Of a stretch of 64,000 nucleotides of DNA, positions 11,651 to 24,772 are shown piece after piece. A model generated the notes under the pieces. It was not told the DNA's origin, did no database searches, and saw only the letters and a list, made by a program, of their open reading frames with translations. The translations under genes were made by a program, and so were the position numbers. Every line of letters begins with the position of its first letter. The stretch's first letter is position 1. Source of the stretch: Phoronis australis (lineage: Eukaryota > Animalia > Phoronida); the NCBI GenBank assembly GCA_002633005.1, contig NMRA01000006.1, positions 1,913,469-1,977,468 of the forward strand, read 5' to 3'.

Positions 11651-14600
11651 AGATCATTGGTGATTCTATCAATGTGCTCAAATCTTGGAAATTTTTAATC
11701 AACCCCAAAAATGGTACATTGACATTTGCTAATTCCTCGAAGGGTCTGGATACTTGCCCAGAAAATTTTCATTAGTTATTGCTAAACTGTGAGATGGTAA
11801 CAACATGGTAAAAACATTTCGTACTTCGGAAGTGGGAGTGCAAGTCAAAATTTCAGATTGCATGAAACAAACCCTGGGGCCTGTGTCTTGAAGAGTATTG
11901 GCTTTAACTAAAGTCAGTTTACACATGGCTTGGCCCGTGTCACAAAAACCAGGCTAAAGAAGACAAAACGAAACACAAATGATAGAAAAACAACTTCGCT
12001 GTTCGTAGTCAGATTACTGATTCAGCTGAAGTCAAAAGAGAAACAAGCCCGTGATGTTTGAAGCTCGGTAAGCTTATGTGAAAGTGAAGGCGACAATCCC
12101 AGGAATGAGCAACCAATTCAAATTTTGCTTCACCGACTTCCGTATTATTAGTCCGTTACAGAAGCCTATGGATGAATGAAAAACTTCACAATCTAAATCA
12201 AATTTTAAATTACTTAAATCCAAATTTTGTTTGTGTAAAATTTGCATTAAATGTAGTTTGTACGTTTTATTGCTGAATTGGAATTTAGCAGCCAAGTGAG
12301 TGGATGTGCGTGATTTTCATTTCCACCTGAAGTATAAGAGAAAGTCATTCTTACCAGGCCTATATACTCACAACATTGTAGGATTGAAGGCTTCACTTTT
12401 AAAAAGGAAAAGCGTTACTGTAAATTTCAAGTTTATTGACTTGCATCAAATTACATTACTTACTAAACAACTCGCTTATATCAATTTTGAAAATGCCAAG
12501 CAACGCATTTCAATCTGTTAACAAAAAAAACTGACAACAAACACAAATTTTACTACAATAAAGGTTAATTACAACATAAAATTATTTGATTTCATCATTT
12601 TGTTCTCACCATGGTCCCCAGTCATACTTATTTGATTTTTCAAAAAATTTTAATTCAAATCATTGTTGTATCACAGTTCAACAAAACGATTGCAAATAGG
12701 GTTGCATGACGACACTTAACTACCAGCATACCTATAGCAAAAGTACCAGTTTTCTTATGCATGGGAAAATTGGCTACACGAAATATGTGAAAAAGGTTGC
12801 ATCCATTCTTTATAACTGGAATTTCGCCCTTTTTGACAAGACTGGCGTGTCTTGTGACAAAATGAATTTGTTCCCAGTCTTATCTTGAAAGTATGCTTAG
12901 CTGTATGATGCAGTTTGGTGAACAACCTATTTCAGGCAACACACAAGCCTTATGCGTTTATTTTTTATACCCACATTTTGGAAGCTACTGTTAAAATGTG
13001 TGAAAATATTGATATCGGGTTATAACAATAATTCTTAACTGTTTGTAATCTCGTAGCCCAAAAGCTCCCTTCCAAATAGTGAAGTAAAAAGCACCACCAG
13101 GTGTAGCAAGTCCAATGAGACCATAACATTGTTATGATTGTGAAGCAAACTTGGGGGGGGGGGCTTCAGGAAGTATACGCTGGACACACTATTATCAATG
13201 GTACCGTTCCCGTCCACAAACAGGGCGCAAAAATGTAATCAAACGTCTTAATTGTTTAGGCTACGCGTATCTTAATGCTATCGTATTACGATACAATAAA
13301 GAGTAATTGAGCGAAAAGACTCGAGGTTTTCTGACCGTCCAGAGTTGCCTGTCTGCTAACTCCGGATGGTCCATCACAACAATATAATGTTATGCCATGT
13401 AACCACAAAGTCATTTATGAGGTGCATGTATACCCTCATAAATAAACAACAGCAAAACTGGAGGTTTTTTTACCCTCTTACGAACAGGCCATTTGAAATG
13501 GAACATTTCTACCAAATCGGAACAAACCAAAAACAACCTACATGTACTGCAACAAAAAATTTAAGCTTGTTTACAGATAGATAATTCACAACATACATGC
13601 AAAGCAAAATATTTGTGCATAAAACAGAAGTATCGTTTCTGTTTAGATCGAGAGTAAAAATGTGGTTTAGCCAGTCTTAGCACCGCACAGGTGGCTTCAT
13701 AATCAGAATCTTCTTTTAAAATGGTTAATAAGTTCTAAACTGCTTTATTCGAGTACAGAATTTTCTGCGCAAGCAGGCATAGACTAATATATAAAACCTG
13801 GTATCCACTAATGAGCACACAGGTGACCATTCTTTACAAGTAAGTGCACAGTAACTTAAAACATATAATGCACAAGGGTTCAAACACTAAACACTTCATA
13901 ACTACTTCCCGGGTCTGAAGAATGATGAATCTCTGAGAATCAACCCTATATTAACTTTTTATACATACCTTTACAGTAGAACAGAGGTATCATTTTGTAA
14001 ATAAAACGTAAATTCTCCACTTTTAAAAAGCACATTTTTACAAGTCACCTTCACCTTCAGAAAACGCCCAGTTTTGCTATAACACAATTCCGAGCAGGCA
14101 TTCACTTCTGTTGCCATTCTTGGAAGGACTAAATGAAAAGATCCTATCACATTCAAAACAGCTTATTGCACACATTTACGTGATCTAGTGATAACACGCA
14201 CCTCTAAACCATCCAAGCCTGCTTCACGAACAGTCGCACTCCGTTTAAGTTAGAAATTTTGTCTTGCCCTTCGTATATCTATTTCCGAAAAATAAGTTAC
14301 AATTTCAATTCAGCAAAGGACAGTCTCAGAGAGTATATCCAAAATTACGACAAAAAATAAATTATTTTTCAGCTATGATATGCTAATTATTAAATTATGA
14401 CAACTTTATCCGGTAATAGTAAAGCAGAAGCATCAACACAAATTTCTGACTTCAGCTGTGTGGCAAGTCCAGTGAACCTTGTCAAAGACGGATCCAACCA
14501 GAACGAGAAATTTCATCTGTGAGACAAGCACTTAGCTGAAGGGGTGAAGGCACGAACTAGACCAACCTTACCACACAACTGAGGTAGGTGAAGTTTAGAC

Positions 14601-16404
14601 TAATGAGTTTCCAACACCTACAGTGAACTCAAAACTTCAGAGCTGCCATAATTGATATTCGAGAGTTGGAAAATATTAACATAGGTAATCACTGACCAAT
14701 GGCACTCCACTCTTAAAACAACACGCCTCAACAAATACTACCAGCACCCAGAGTTCTATGTACTCAAAATTGTACTCGAAATTATTTCATATTTCGATCC
14801 TATTTTTGTGTATTATTTTGTGCGTGAGTACATTGTTGTTCAGGCACACAAGTTTCTAGTCAAAGTCTGTACTTGAAGACTCAAATCTCACTCACAATTT
14901 CGAGCACAAAGAAGAGAACACAGACCTTGACGTCAGAAAAAGCAAAAGATGTAATTTTATTTGAAAACTTGTTCTGAACTTGGTCTGGATTATTCCAAAA
15001 CATGCACACTTTCTCATGATATAAAACACAGCTTGTAAATATGCGCCTTATCTAGCTTAGAGCATTTTACAGTGAATCCATAAAACTAAAACAGGACGAT
15101 ACATTTTTCACATTAACACTTATATATATGGCAAATTTGCTATCGATTTACACAGTGAATAAAAGCAATACGTAAAATATTAAAACTGACAAAAAATAAC
15201 AAAAATAATATACATTGTTACAACATCTTGACAAAAAGTAAACAATACGTTAACAAGTCCCTAACAAACCTTTAAGGCCACGACTGAAGAAATATTAGAG
15301 CCAAATATAAGACTTTTGTTTGGAGTTTCAATCCAAACATCTTCTCATTAACATTCAGAATGCTAACACAGACTGTGACATGGCAAGCATTTTTGTCTTC
15401 TCTCAAAAGATTCAATTATTGAATTATATCATAAGCCACATGGTCAAATCTTGAAGATTGTTTGCCTTAGTTTGATGAGTTTCAGTTCCTCGAAATAGTG
15501 CTCTTTGCAAAGAAACGTACAAAAATAGGACCGGATAAAGTAGATCTCTGTCATGAATCGTATAAGTCATATTCTCGCATTGTTGATGGCTCCAGATCTG
15601 CTTGTAGATGACGGTGCCACCAATGAGGTCATCAATTTACTAAAGTTGCTTTAAACCTGTCTTAATCCAAAACTAAAAGTTGATTTAGACCACACTTACT
15701 ATTACAAAACCAGACTTAAGACGTTGCTTACTCAGATAAGAGTTTCTGCGTTTGATAAACGCTGAGAACTCGTTATTGATCGAGGCCAGGCTAAAAAAAA
15801 TGGGCTGGTCATTTTCAGTTCTTCCTAAACCCAGAAATCGCCCGAGCAAGGAACGAATTGAGTGTTGGTTCCTGTGCTGGAAGACAAAGTTTGTGGCAGC
15901 TTTAATAAATGTAGACTTCGGCATCCGAGTGTTTTGTTTAAGTCAAAAAGTTCCTCCCAACCAAGGAGCAGTACCAGATAAGTTAAAGTGTGCCGACAGC
16001 AACAAGATGCTAAGACTTATGGGCTGACAGGCGGTTGTATCGTGCAGATCGCCTGACCTGCCATCAGGGGCCAGCACAGTATCGGTAGAACAGTAATGCC
16101 AAAAACATGCCAAGAAAAATTTACAGATCAATGGTAGCCGTGTGTTACTAGCATTGCACTGATCATTTGTGTTTTCTTACCCACCTCCAGGGGGTAGTGC
16201 TGTTCTGGGCTGTCGGCAACAAGATCGGTATGAATTCGCATCACTTGCAGTTTCTGACATGCCTCCTAGGGGTAGCTCTGATTTTTAAGTGAGCGTGAAA
16301 CAACAGACGTCAAAACAGACTACTGAGTCTGAGGTTGTGTCGAGCTGTTCGCATGCGTTTCCTGTACGGGCTCCATGAGACAGTCCCTAACAATGAACAC
16401 TACA

Positions 16405-16785
16405 TTAGAACAAGCCCGAATCAAGATCAATCACTGATTGCTGTGTTGGTGGCTGAGTTGAACTAATCACTCGCATTTCCTGACCCGCCTCTGGGGGACA
16501 GTCTTGAATGTAGATTATCCTGTTATAGGCGCGCCACCTACGGCACAGCTGGAAATACATCTTGCATTGGACGTACATGAACACAAGGCCGCCCGTGAAC
16601 CCTATGGCAACCACGATCAGCTTTGTCCAAAATGGCCACTCGAGGTTGCCAGCAGATACCTCTTGCGTGGTTCGGTCTATGAGCACATACAGGGACCAAA
16701 CGACGCACGTGATGGCAATGACGTGGAATGCGACGGAGCACAGAACCTTCCTTCTCTCCAGCGACGACATGTCCAGTTTTTGCCA
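16405..16785 (-). CDS. MARCHF8: MARCHF1/8-like E3 ligase, last coding exon (two TM helices and C-tail)
   Basis: tttcag|TGG; [39 protein letters not shown]...[28 protein letters not shown]...[12 protein letters not shown] matches the MARCH1/8 TM region closely. The symbol is for the MARCH1/8 co-ortholog. Confidence 0.95.
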   Translation of the reverse strand, partial: WQKLDMSSLERRKVLCSVAFHVIAITCVVWSLYVLIDRTTQEVSAGNLEWPFWTKLIVVAIGFTGGLVFMYVQCKMYFQLCRRWRAYNRIIYIQDCPPEAGQEMRVISSTQPPTQQSVIDLDSGLF

Positions 16786-19508
16786 CTGAAACCAGAAGAC
16801 CACAATGTACAAACATAGCACAACCTTAACATAAAATACTTCACGTAACACTGACATAGAAATCGAATGTTTTGACTTTTTTAATGCATTAATGGAGTGC
16901 ACGTGTGTGCAATGAACTATGGGAAATTGTTCTCTCACGGCAATTGCATTTTTAGTCAACAATGACGAGATGAATTGAAATCTCAGAAGTCTCTACCCTG
17001 GTGTAGGCATGCATCAGGTTCTACACTTTGTAAAAAGGAAAATGGTCATTTTGGCAATTACTTTTGCGCAAAATAAGTACAAAATTAACATATGTTATGA
17101 TATGACTTTTTTTTGCTAAAAGGCTATAATGATGCATGCATAACCAATAGCAGAGACATCCTCCTTCTCACAACCGGGCGACTAAACAAGTGCTTGTATT
17201 TCGTCTGCAGTAAAAGGCTATTTTCAAAAATTCATAACCCACTTGATGATGAATGTCAAATTACACATTATCCCAATCTTCGTAAAAAACAAAATTCAAG
17301 TTTGGTTTGAGTTTCATCAACACAAACTTTTTTAGAGATTGCCCGAAATGGAGAATTTTCCAGTGATATCCGCGAAAGACATTATAAATCATTTTCTGGT
17401 GTGAAAAAACAAAAACTTTCTTCACACACGTAAAAGCTCTACCAAAGCAACGTCCTGTTCTCATCCTTGGTTTCACTTGAAGCTGATTTCAACAAAATGC
17501 CTGTAGTTGCCCATGTGGCCACACTCAGCCTCTACAGATAAAACTAACACACCCAGACAGGCAACAAGTGAGCCTCGTCCCAAGCAAAATGATCAACTGG
17601 CAGTTCTTCTACAGGTGAAAAATCAATTTCTTGCAAACATGATCAGTCCAACTTCAAAACAGTTCGGTGATTCTTCGGTTATTTCGCGTAAAAAATGCGC
17701 AAAAAATTGGGCACTGCAGACTTTGTTCAAAGGCTCCAGCTGACTGCAGGGTATTACATTTGATGAAAAATGTATCGCATGTTGTTTAATCATAGCTATG
17801 GTATTCTGTACCAACTCATTATTAATTAAGCGGAAATTTCTTCATAGCCTACTCATTTTCCTTGAGAAATGCGCCAAAATGAATATTCTCCCTCGTTGAA
17901 TCCATCTGACACAACTTCCACCATCATGCAAAAGAACATATTATTAATAACACTGTTGAAAAGGAGCCGAAATGAATTTCTGAGGAGGCAGGAGGCTTTT
18001 TTCATGGCAGATTAAGTTTCAGATAAAATGCCATTACGTGACACTTTGCCCAAGGCCAACTAAAATAGCAAACCTTGCGTACTTGTAGTAATGAACTTTA
18101 CTATGAGCATTACCATAACTTGTAAGTGAAACTGGAGTCTTACTAGGATATCAAACTTTCAAAGCTCAAATCCTCATTAAAACATCAGGAAATTTCTACA
18201 TTATGGCGGAAGCATCCCTCTATTTTAATTTAAAATCTACTCTATTTATGCTCTGCACCTGCTCTAAATCAAACAGTCAGGTAATTAAAGCAGCGTGTAT
18301 CTCACCTACATTTCATTAGGTGTGGGTTGACTTCGGAGATAAGTTCAGATGTTGCGCTAATAACCAAACCCTCCCAACATCAAAGTCGAATTAATAAAAT
18401 TAACGGCGGTCTTACCATCGAAGGAATCGGTGAACTCCATTCCCCACATGGTGTTATGGTGTTGCCGTGTGTATAGAGAGAAGCTGACTTGTCGTAACAA
18501 AGAATCATAGACAAAGGGTCCAATCCCCAAACATGAACTAAAACAATGGTTTTCAAAGGAGAATATGCAAGGGGCTTTAATGTTGCCAGTACAGCATGCT
18601 TCGAAAGAAAACGTTGATCCTCAGCGGAATAGCCAAGCTTAGCTTCTCTCATGGCCGACAATAAAGGGAACTTAACTACACACTTGGTAAGGTGGCTAAA
18701 CCACTCTGGCGAATTTTGCCACCATAATAGTTAATACTAGTCACTTTTGCTGTTAACGGAATTATGAAACGGCTTTTGCTCTAATTACTTTTGTACTGTG
18801 AGATGAAGAGCCAGTCATACTGTACCCACTTGCTTCAACTACTAAAACGTATGGAGTGCACACAATGTGCTGTATAATTCCACAGATTGAAACAACATGC
18901 TACAGGACAGACCAAAAGAATGGTTCCAGTGTGATCAAATCAGCACACACAGGGATGCCATTATAGTCTGTCAGTGCTACAGCTGAAAGAGCTTGCCTTA
19001 TTCATTCACCAATGTAGAAAAACACCTGTCAGTTAGGAGAAGAAAAACGCTCTAAAATATCTTGCCATTTAAGCTAAAACCGTATGTCACACAGTAACAG
19101 TATAGCAAAAAAAAACAGGATTCTGCTGCAAATTTATCACCATGGAAAACAGAAAACCTTTAAATCTCCTCGACCGTGTAACAATGAAGTCATTTCAATT
19201 TCATAACCATTAAAGCAACAATAAACCCGCTTTCCATCCAAAAAAACTTTGCATTTAGACCACTTACCATAAAAGATTGGACTCAAAGTGTACATTAGTC
19301 AAAATGGAGGTAATTTCAGGGCTTGAGACCAGGTTCTAGGAGTTTGCTTGACACAGGAGTCATTTTTAGCACTGACCATGGTTTCAAAGAACAACAAACT
19401 GCCCGTTCTTTGCAAACCCAGATATCACTTCTCATCTGGGAAAGGAACAAGTTGTGACCAACTTTATAGCCAGGTAAGTGTTCTAAATCAAATGTTTGCT
19501 AGCTGTAT

Positions 19509-19873
19509 CACGGGTGAGAAACAACATGACCGCCGGTCCTCTTAAATCGGACCGCCTCACCCAAAACAGGACCTCCGGTGATCAAATGGGACCGTCGCAC
19601 CAGAAAATGGGACTGACGCACCTAAAAACATGACCGCCCCACCAGAAAACAGGACCGCCGGGGACTGAACATGACCTCCGAGGATTGAAACCGCATATTG
19701 TCCGGCGGTCACGTTCAGTCCCTGGCGGTCCTGTTTTCTGGTGGAGCGGTCATGTTTTTAGGTGCGTCAGTACCATTTTCTGGTGCGACAGTCACATTTG
19801 ATCCCCGGAGGTCCCGTTTTGGGTGAGTCAGTCCGATTTAGAGGACCGGTGGTCATGTTGTTTCTCACCCGTG
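19509..19873. mobile_element. Fold-back MITE, CAC...GTG termini, 5-bp TSD TGTAT (Transib/RAG-like signature)
   Basis: Whole element is palindromic (cacgggtgagaaacaacatgacc / ggtcatgttgtttctcacccgtg) with ~20-bp AAAAYRKGACCGCC subrepeats; TGTAT at 19504-19508 and 19874-19878. Confidence 0.85.
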
Positions 19874-21360
19874 TGTATTCAATATACAGTGTTATTGCCA
19901 CTTTAAGCTTCTTGTATATTTATAAAAACGAATTTTAACGAGCAATTCAAGCACACGTTTGAATCATAAGAAAAGCTCTGTTTGGTTTCAACTCCAGACA
20001 ACAGCGGATTCAAAATTGAGGCTCTGCTAAATCCGGATATCAATCTAGTCGACTATTAAACGTTTCTGTGCTCTTTTGTCCGACATCATGACCTGCCGGC
20101 CAATTATCCACCATGGTTCAAAAAGTTACTGAAACCACTCATCAACCGGAACCACAGAACCAAAACCTAACACATCTATTTTGGCACCACAATTTCTTTC
20201 AGTAAAAATAACCCTAACTTAACTTCTTACCAAGAATTCAAATTCAGAAGCCAAACAGTTCAGCAAATCACCAGTTTTAGTCCACAATATATCAATTTAT
20301 TTTAGCCACTGTTTCAGTGCTGCGAAGCAAGCCATGGCTAACGCAGTAATTACTCTATTCCAAATCAGGTGACTTTACGTCAGATTTCCTGATAAACAGG
20401 CCTCTTGACGACAGCGGGACTTGTACAAATCTACTAAAGAAATACTAGGTAAGGTGATAAGAGCAGAGTTTCCATTGTATACGTATACTCTCCTTCTCCC
20501 TCATTTCTCATTCGTTTGATAGGACCTCAGATGTCTTTGCACAATGTCCTCAGCATTGTAAAACTCTTCAGCCCTATTGATTGGCTGTTTTAGTTTTTAA
20601 ATTTCTTTTGTCTCACGCAGCACCAGGTTCTCGATGGCAGTTTTTCAAATCACTCTCTCCCACTGTGCGATCAAGCTTTGCAGATGAACTACCACAGGTC
20701 ATGAAAACATAGAACTTCCCCCACATCATTTTCATCATATCCTTCATAACTTGTTGACAGTATTGACCATCAGATTTGCCACATAAATCTTTCATGAGAT
20801 TAATAATATCATCAAGCATGCACCGCCGCACATTCATAACTCCTACACTTTACAAATTATCATTATATCACAGTAATTGACCTTCTTTTGACAAAGCCTT
20901 CATTTTAAATTTGTGAACAAGCTTTGCAGAGATTTCTTTTTAGTAGGCGGTCCATCCGGACCATAAAATAGAATAGAATAGAGATTTTACAGTCAGGTTA
21001 CCAAAAATGAACGGTGTTCTAATGGTTGACTACTTAAAATAAATGGCATTGATAAACTTCAGAGAGATGAATTAGACACAAAGTGTTGGTACAGGACAGT
21101 ATGAGTTGAAGTAAAATCTGGCCAATATGGCAGAAAAGTGGCGTTTTATTTTCCCCTTTATTCACAAATGATACATAGATCCAAATTAATGCTCCATCAA
21201 GGTCAAGCTCTGATGCACAGCTGCCTACAGACAGTATGTTAAGAAACAGTGGACATTCACAGCTGAGAAATGGAAAAGGTCAATTTGGACAATTATTTTC
21301 TTCTGCAATTGGCAAAATTTCCCCCATTGCCACGAGCAAACTGAATGTTTCACCTACATA

Positions 21361-21465
21361 CTGTAAACTCGCACGTTAATGCCCTGGGTGCCTAAATTGG
21401 GAAACACTGGGACAGGGAGGTGGGCGATTTACCCAAGAAGTGGGCGTTAACCCGCGAGTTTACGG
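21361..21465. mobile_element. Short TA-target (Tc1/mariner/pogo-type) MITE
   Basis: ta|ctgtaaactcgcacgttaatgccc ... gggcgttaacccgcgagtttacgg|ta. Confidence 0.65.
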
Positions 21466-24460
21466 TAGGTTGAATTGATGCGCATCATCAATTCTAAAAG
21501 TGTTTTTCCCACTTAAAGTTCTGACACGACCATACGTCATTTAGCCTCTGAGCATATCTCGCACAAACAAGACTACTGAGCCAGTAACGAAAAACAGTTA
21601 ACTCTTCGCGTAAATGTCACCAGTTCATATTTTATGTTTTGTATTCATGGGTTTCCAATCTTCTCTTTGCATCAACACACTGGCCCACAAAAAGTTATAC
21701 CCATTTAGGATACAATAGGGCAGACAAGTGAAGCTTTATTTCTCTTGAACTTTAAATATCACCAAATGAATTCAAGGAATAGCAAAATGTCAGTGCTTCA
21801 CAAACCCAGAAATCAGTTCCCATCTGAGTGAATTACAAATTGATAACAAATTCACTGTGGAAAATGGTTGAAATCAATAGTTCGCTTCTAGGATGGCTTC
21901 TAGGCCATGTTTTGCACTATGGGAACTTGACGCCAGTTGGAGTGCGATAACTGTCACCTTATCGAGGTAAGGTAACTAATGTTTCAAGGCAACTGACCCC
22001 AGCACAAGTCGCAGTGCGGTCACAAACCTGTCAACAAAATCAAAGTAATTTCAAGCTGCGTGCCTACGCATTCATATGGGTGCCGTCATTTTTGCACAAC
22101 ATTAATTTCCAAATTTAAAACGTTTCTAAATTGATTATCATTTAAAACCGCCTTCAAACAGATTTTTATTATTCTAGGTGCATAGAGTGATGCTTTTAAC
22201 ATATTGTAGGAACTAAATTTACATGAGTTAATGTTCAGATTAGACTTCAAACCATCTTCTATTGGGCATGAATAACCACAAGAGGAAGAAATATTCAAAC
22301 ACTTGACAGGAGAATGGTAAAGAAATCGACTGCCATTTTGCAAACCTCTGCATGCATATAGCAATACTATCTAAGTCACATCCCATTCTCTATCATTCAC
22401 AGGTCTACGGTATTTTTTCCATTCAGGTGATCACGGGGACGTTTTAGTACTTGAAACTTTGTTTGGGTTAATTGGTGTGCACAGGCAATGTTTTCACACT
22501 CTCCTGGTAGTTGTGAATGATTAAGATTGATCAGACACACTTTTTCAGAGTGCTTAGTAATTTAAAGCGCTGTGTAAAAACCAACCTATGGTAAAATCCC
22601 ACAAATTTGGGAGAAATAAAATAATTGACAAAATTACCCTTTTCTCATTTTTCAAGGTCTTACATTGCTCAGTGAGTGCCCAGAAGTTTTAAAAACTTTG
22701 TGTGATGAGAAGATAGAATACTTGAACGCGGTAAAGTATTAAGTTGGTTCTACAATTTTATAAGAAAAAAATGAGAAACTAAAATTTCAGCTGTCAGCTA
22801 TACTGTGTCATAAATAGGTAAGATTTTCTCGTAACTCCTTTTTTTGATTTTGACATTTGATTTTTGTTCCGCTGGACCCAAAACGTCGAAAAAGACGTCA
22901 TACTGATTACCCAGTAGAAAGCAAATGTTAATCACCAAGTTCTTTATTTTTGTCAGCCAGATCACAGAATCCTTCATTGTTACAACATTCTACGTCAGAA
23001 CACACAAGGTAAACATCCGTATGCCGGGATGTTGTCAAGTTATACGCAGACAGTGTCTTTTGTCAATGAATTCTGATATTATATTATCGATTCGTTGGTC
23101 AGATTTATGTGATAATCACCCTATTTATTAAACATAATGTGAGAACTGTAACTTAATGAAAAATAAAATATATGACTTTGTATATGTGGTCAGATATGAT
23201 TGTAAATTATTCCGTATTTAAGAATACCAATTGTTTAACCAGGCGCTATCCCATTGTCTTTGATATTTTGAAAAAGAGTATTTGTTGATAATAAACCCAT
23301 TCACTGATTGATGAATTTGCCAAGCTGATGTACCGTTATTTTGATAACAAGTCCAGTCTAAAATGGATCAGGCTCACATTAACACAACAGATTTTCCTTA
23401 GACATAATAACACAAAATTATACAGCAATTCCATGTTGTTATGTTGCTTAGAGATTTGCATTATATGCATTTGAGCCCCAATGTCATAGTCTGTTTTCTT
23501 TCAATATGATAGAATGTCCACAGCGTCGGCAAAAACAACAAGTAGAGATCTGAAAAGCTCTTCTTGCCTAGGTTAAAACAACTCGTAATGAATTGCTAAC
23601 CACAATCACTGCATTGTTTATACTCGGTTCAAATAGTAGGCTATAGTATGGTATGTCCTCATTTATTTAGCGCATAATGCGGCCGACAAGTCAAATACTA
23701 TTTCCTCAAATATTAAGCAAACTTAAGTCTATTACTAGCACGTAGATGTCATAAAACATTTGGTAAAGTTTCTACAATTTGTAGCAAAGTAATTGGCCTT
23801 TGGGAAAATGACAATTTTGGCAATTATTTTTTAGCGAAATAAGTGAAGAGTTACTATTATATCATTACAGGGGGACGTGCAGCTATGCAAGAGACTTATG
23901 AGACGTTTGTAGCCAGACATCTGTGGTTATGGAAAGGAACCCATGACTGCTCTGCCATAATTTAAGATTCCACGCTCATTGGCCATCACTTCTGTGGCAG
24001 TCAGTTTGTAAGTCTACGCCAGTGAGGTTCCAAGCGTACTCGTGAAACGCTAATTTTTAATGCGCAAGATCGTGAGTAGAGGCCTTACAGTATCTGACTT
24101 TTCTCCCAAAGCATTATTTAGATCTACTTATTAATAATGAAATTGTGAAAACAAAATTCCACAAGTCCATCACAATGTGTCCTTAACTGGTGAGATTTTA
24201 TCATGCAGTCAACCTCCAAGATAGGCCGTGACAGGAGTTGCTTTATCACATCATCTGTGCTTTGACTCACTCAAAAACATTCGTATGCCCGATCATAGCC
24301 GAGCTAGTCCTAGACACGTTGCAACAAACACGACATTGCAAAATGTGGTTCTTGACGTAAACTTGACCATTGTTCATCAACTGTATGCTGATAAAAGGGG
24401 TTACAATCATCTTAACTAAGACTGGACATGGCGAAAAACACAAAGTGGGACGATACTTAC

Positions 24461-24772
24461 CGATTTGAAAGGCTTCACCTTGGACGTCATGACAAAGTTG
24501 AACTTGCACAACTCGCAGGTTTTTGTGTCGGCGCTCTTAATCCACTGCTGTAGACACTTGAGGTGGACGAACCGTAGACTGCCTGAACAGATGCATGGCT
24601 CGATAAGAGGCTCCTCCGCCGACGCCTCACTGTGGCAGATGCGGCACATGTCGCCAGAAAATCCGGAGTAGGAATCGGACTGGGATTCCGCCACGCTGGG
24701 CTCCGGTGAGTTGACCATGCTAGTGTCTTCGGCGGCTGTGACGGCGACTTTAGTTCTGGCAACATCCTCCGT
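24461..24772 (-). CDS. MARCHF8: MARCHF1/8-like RING-CH (C4HC3) exon
   Basis: ttatag|ACG...TCG|gtaagt, phase 0/0; contains CRICH...[32 protein letters not shown]. Confidence 0.95.

Noticed and set aside
16786-16962. N-terminal extension of the 185-aa ORF
   Set aside because: Intronic; homology starts at the cag acceptor at 16786-16788.
19509-19873. CRISPR-like periodic repeats (also 37130-37559)
   Set aside because: Degenerate subrepeats within a palindrome with a TSD, no unique spacers, eukaryotic context, no cas genes.
22230-22345. Possible LINE ORF2 C-terminal relic (SNHL...CHFC)
   Set aside because: Too degraded to support by eye.
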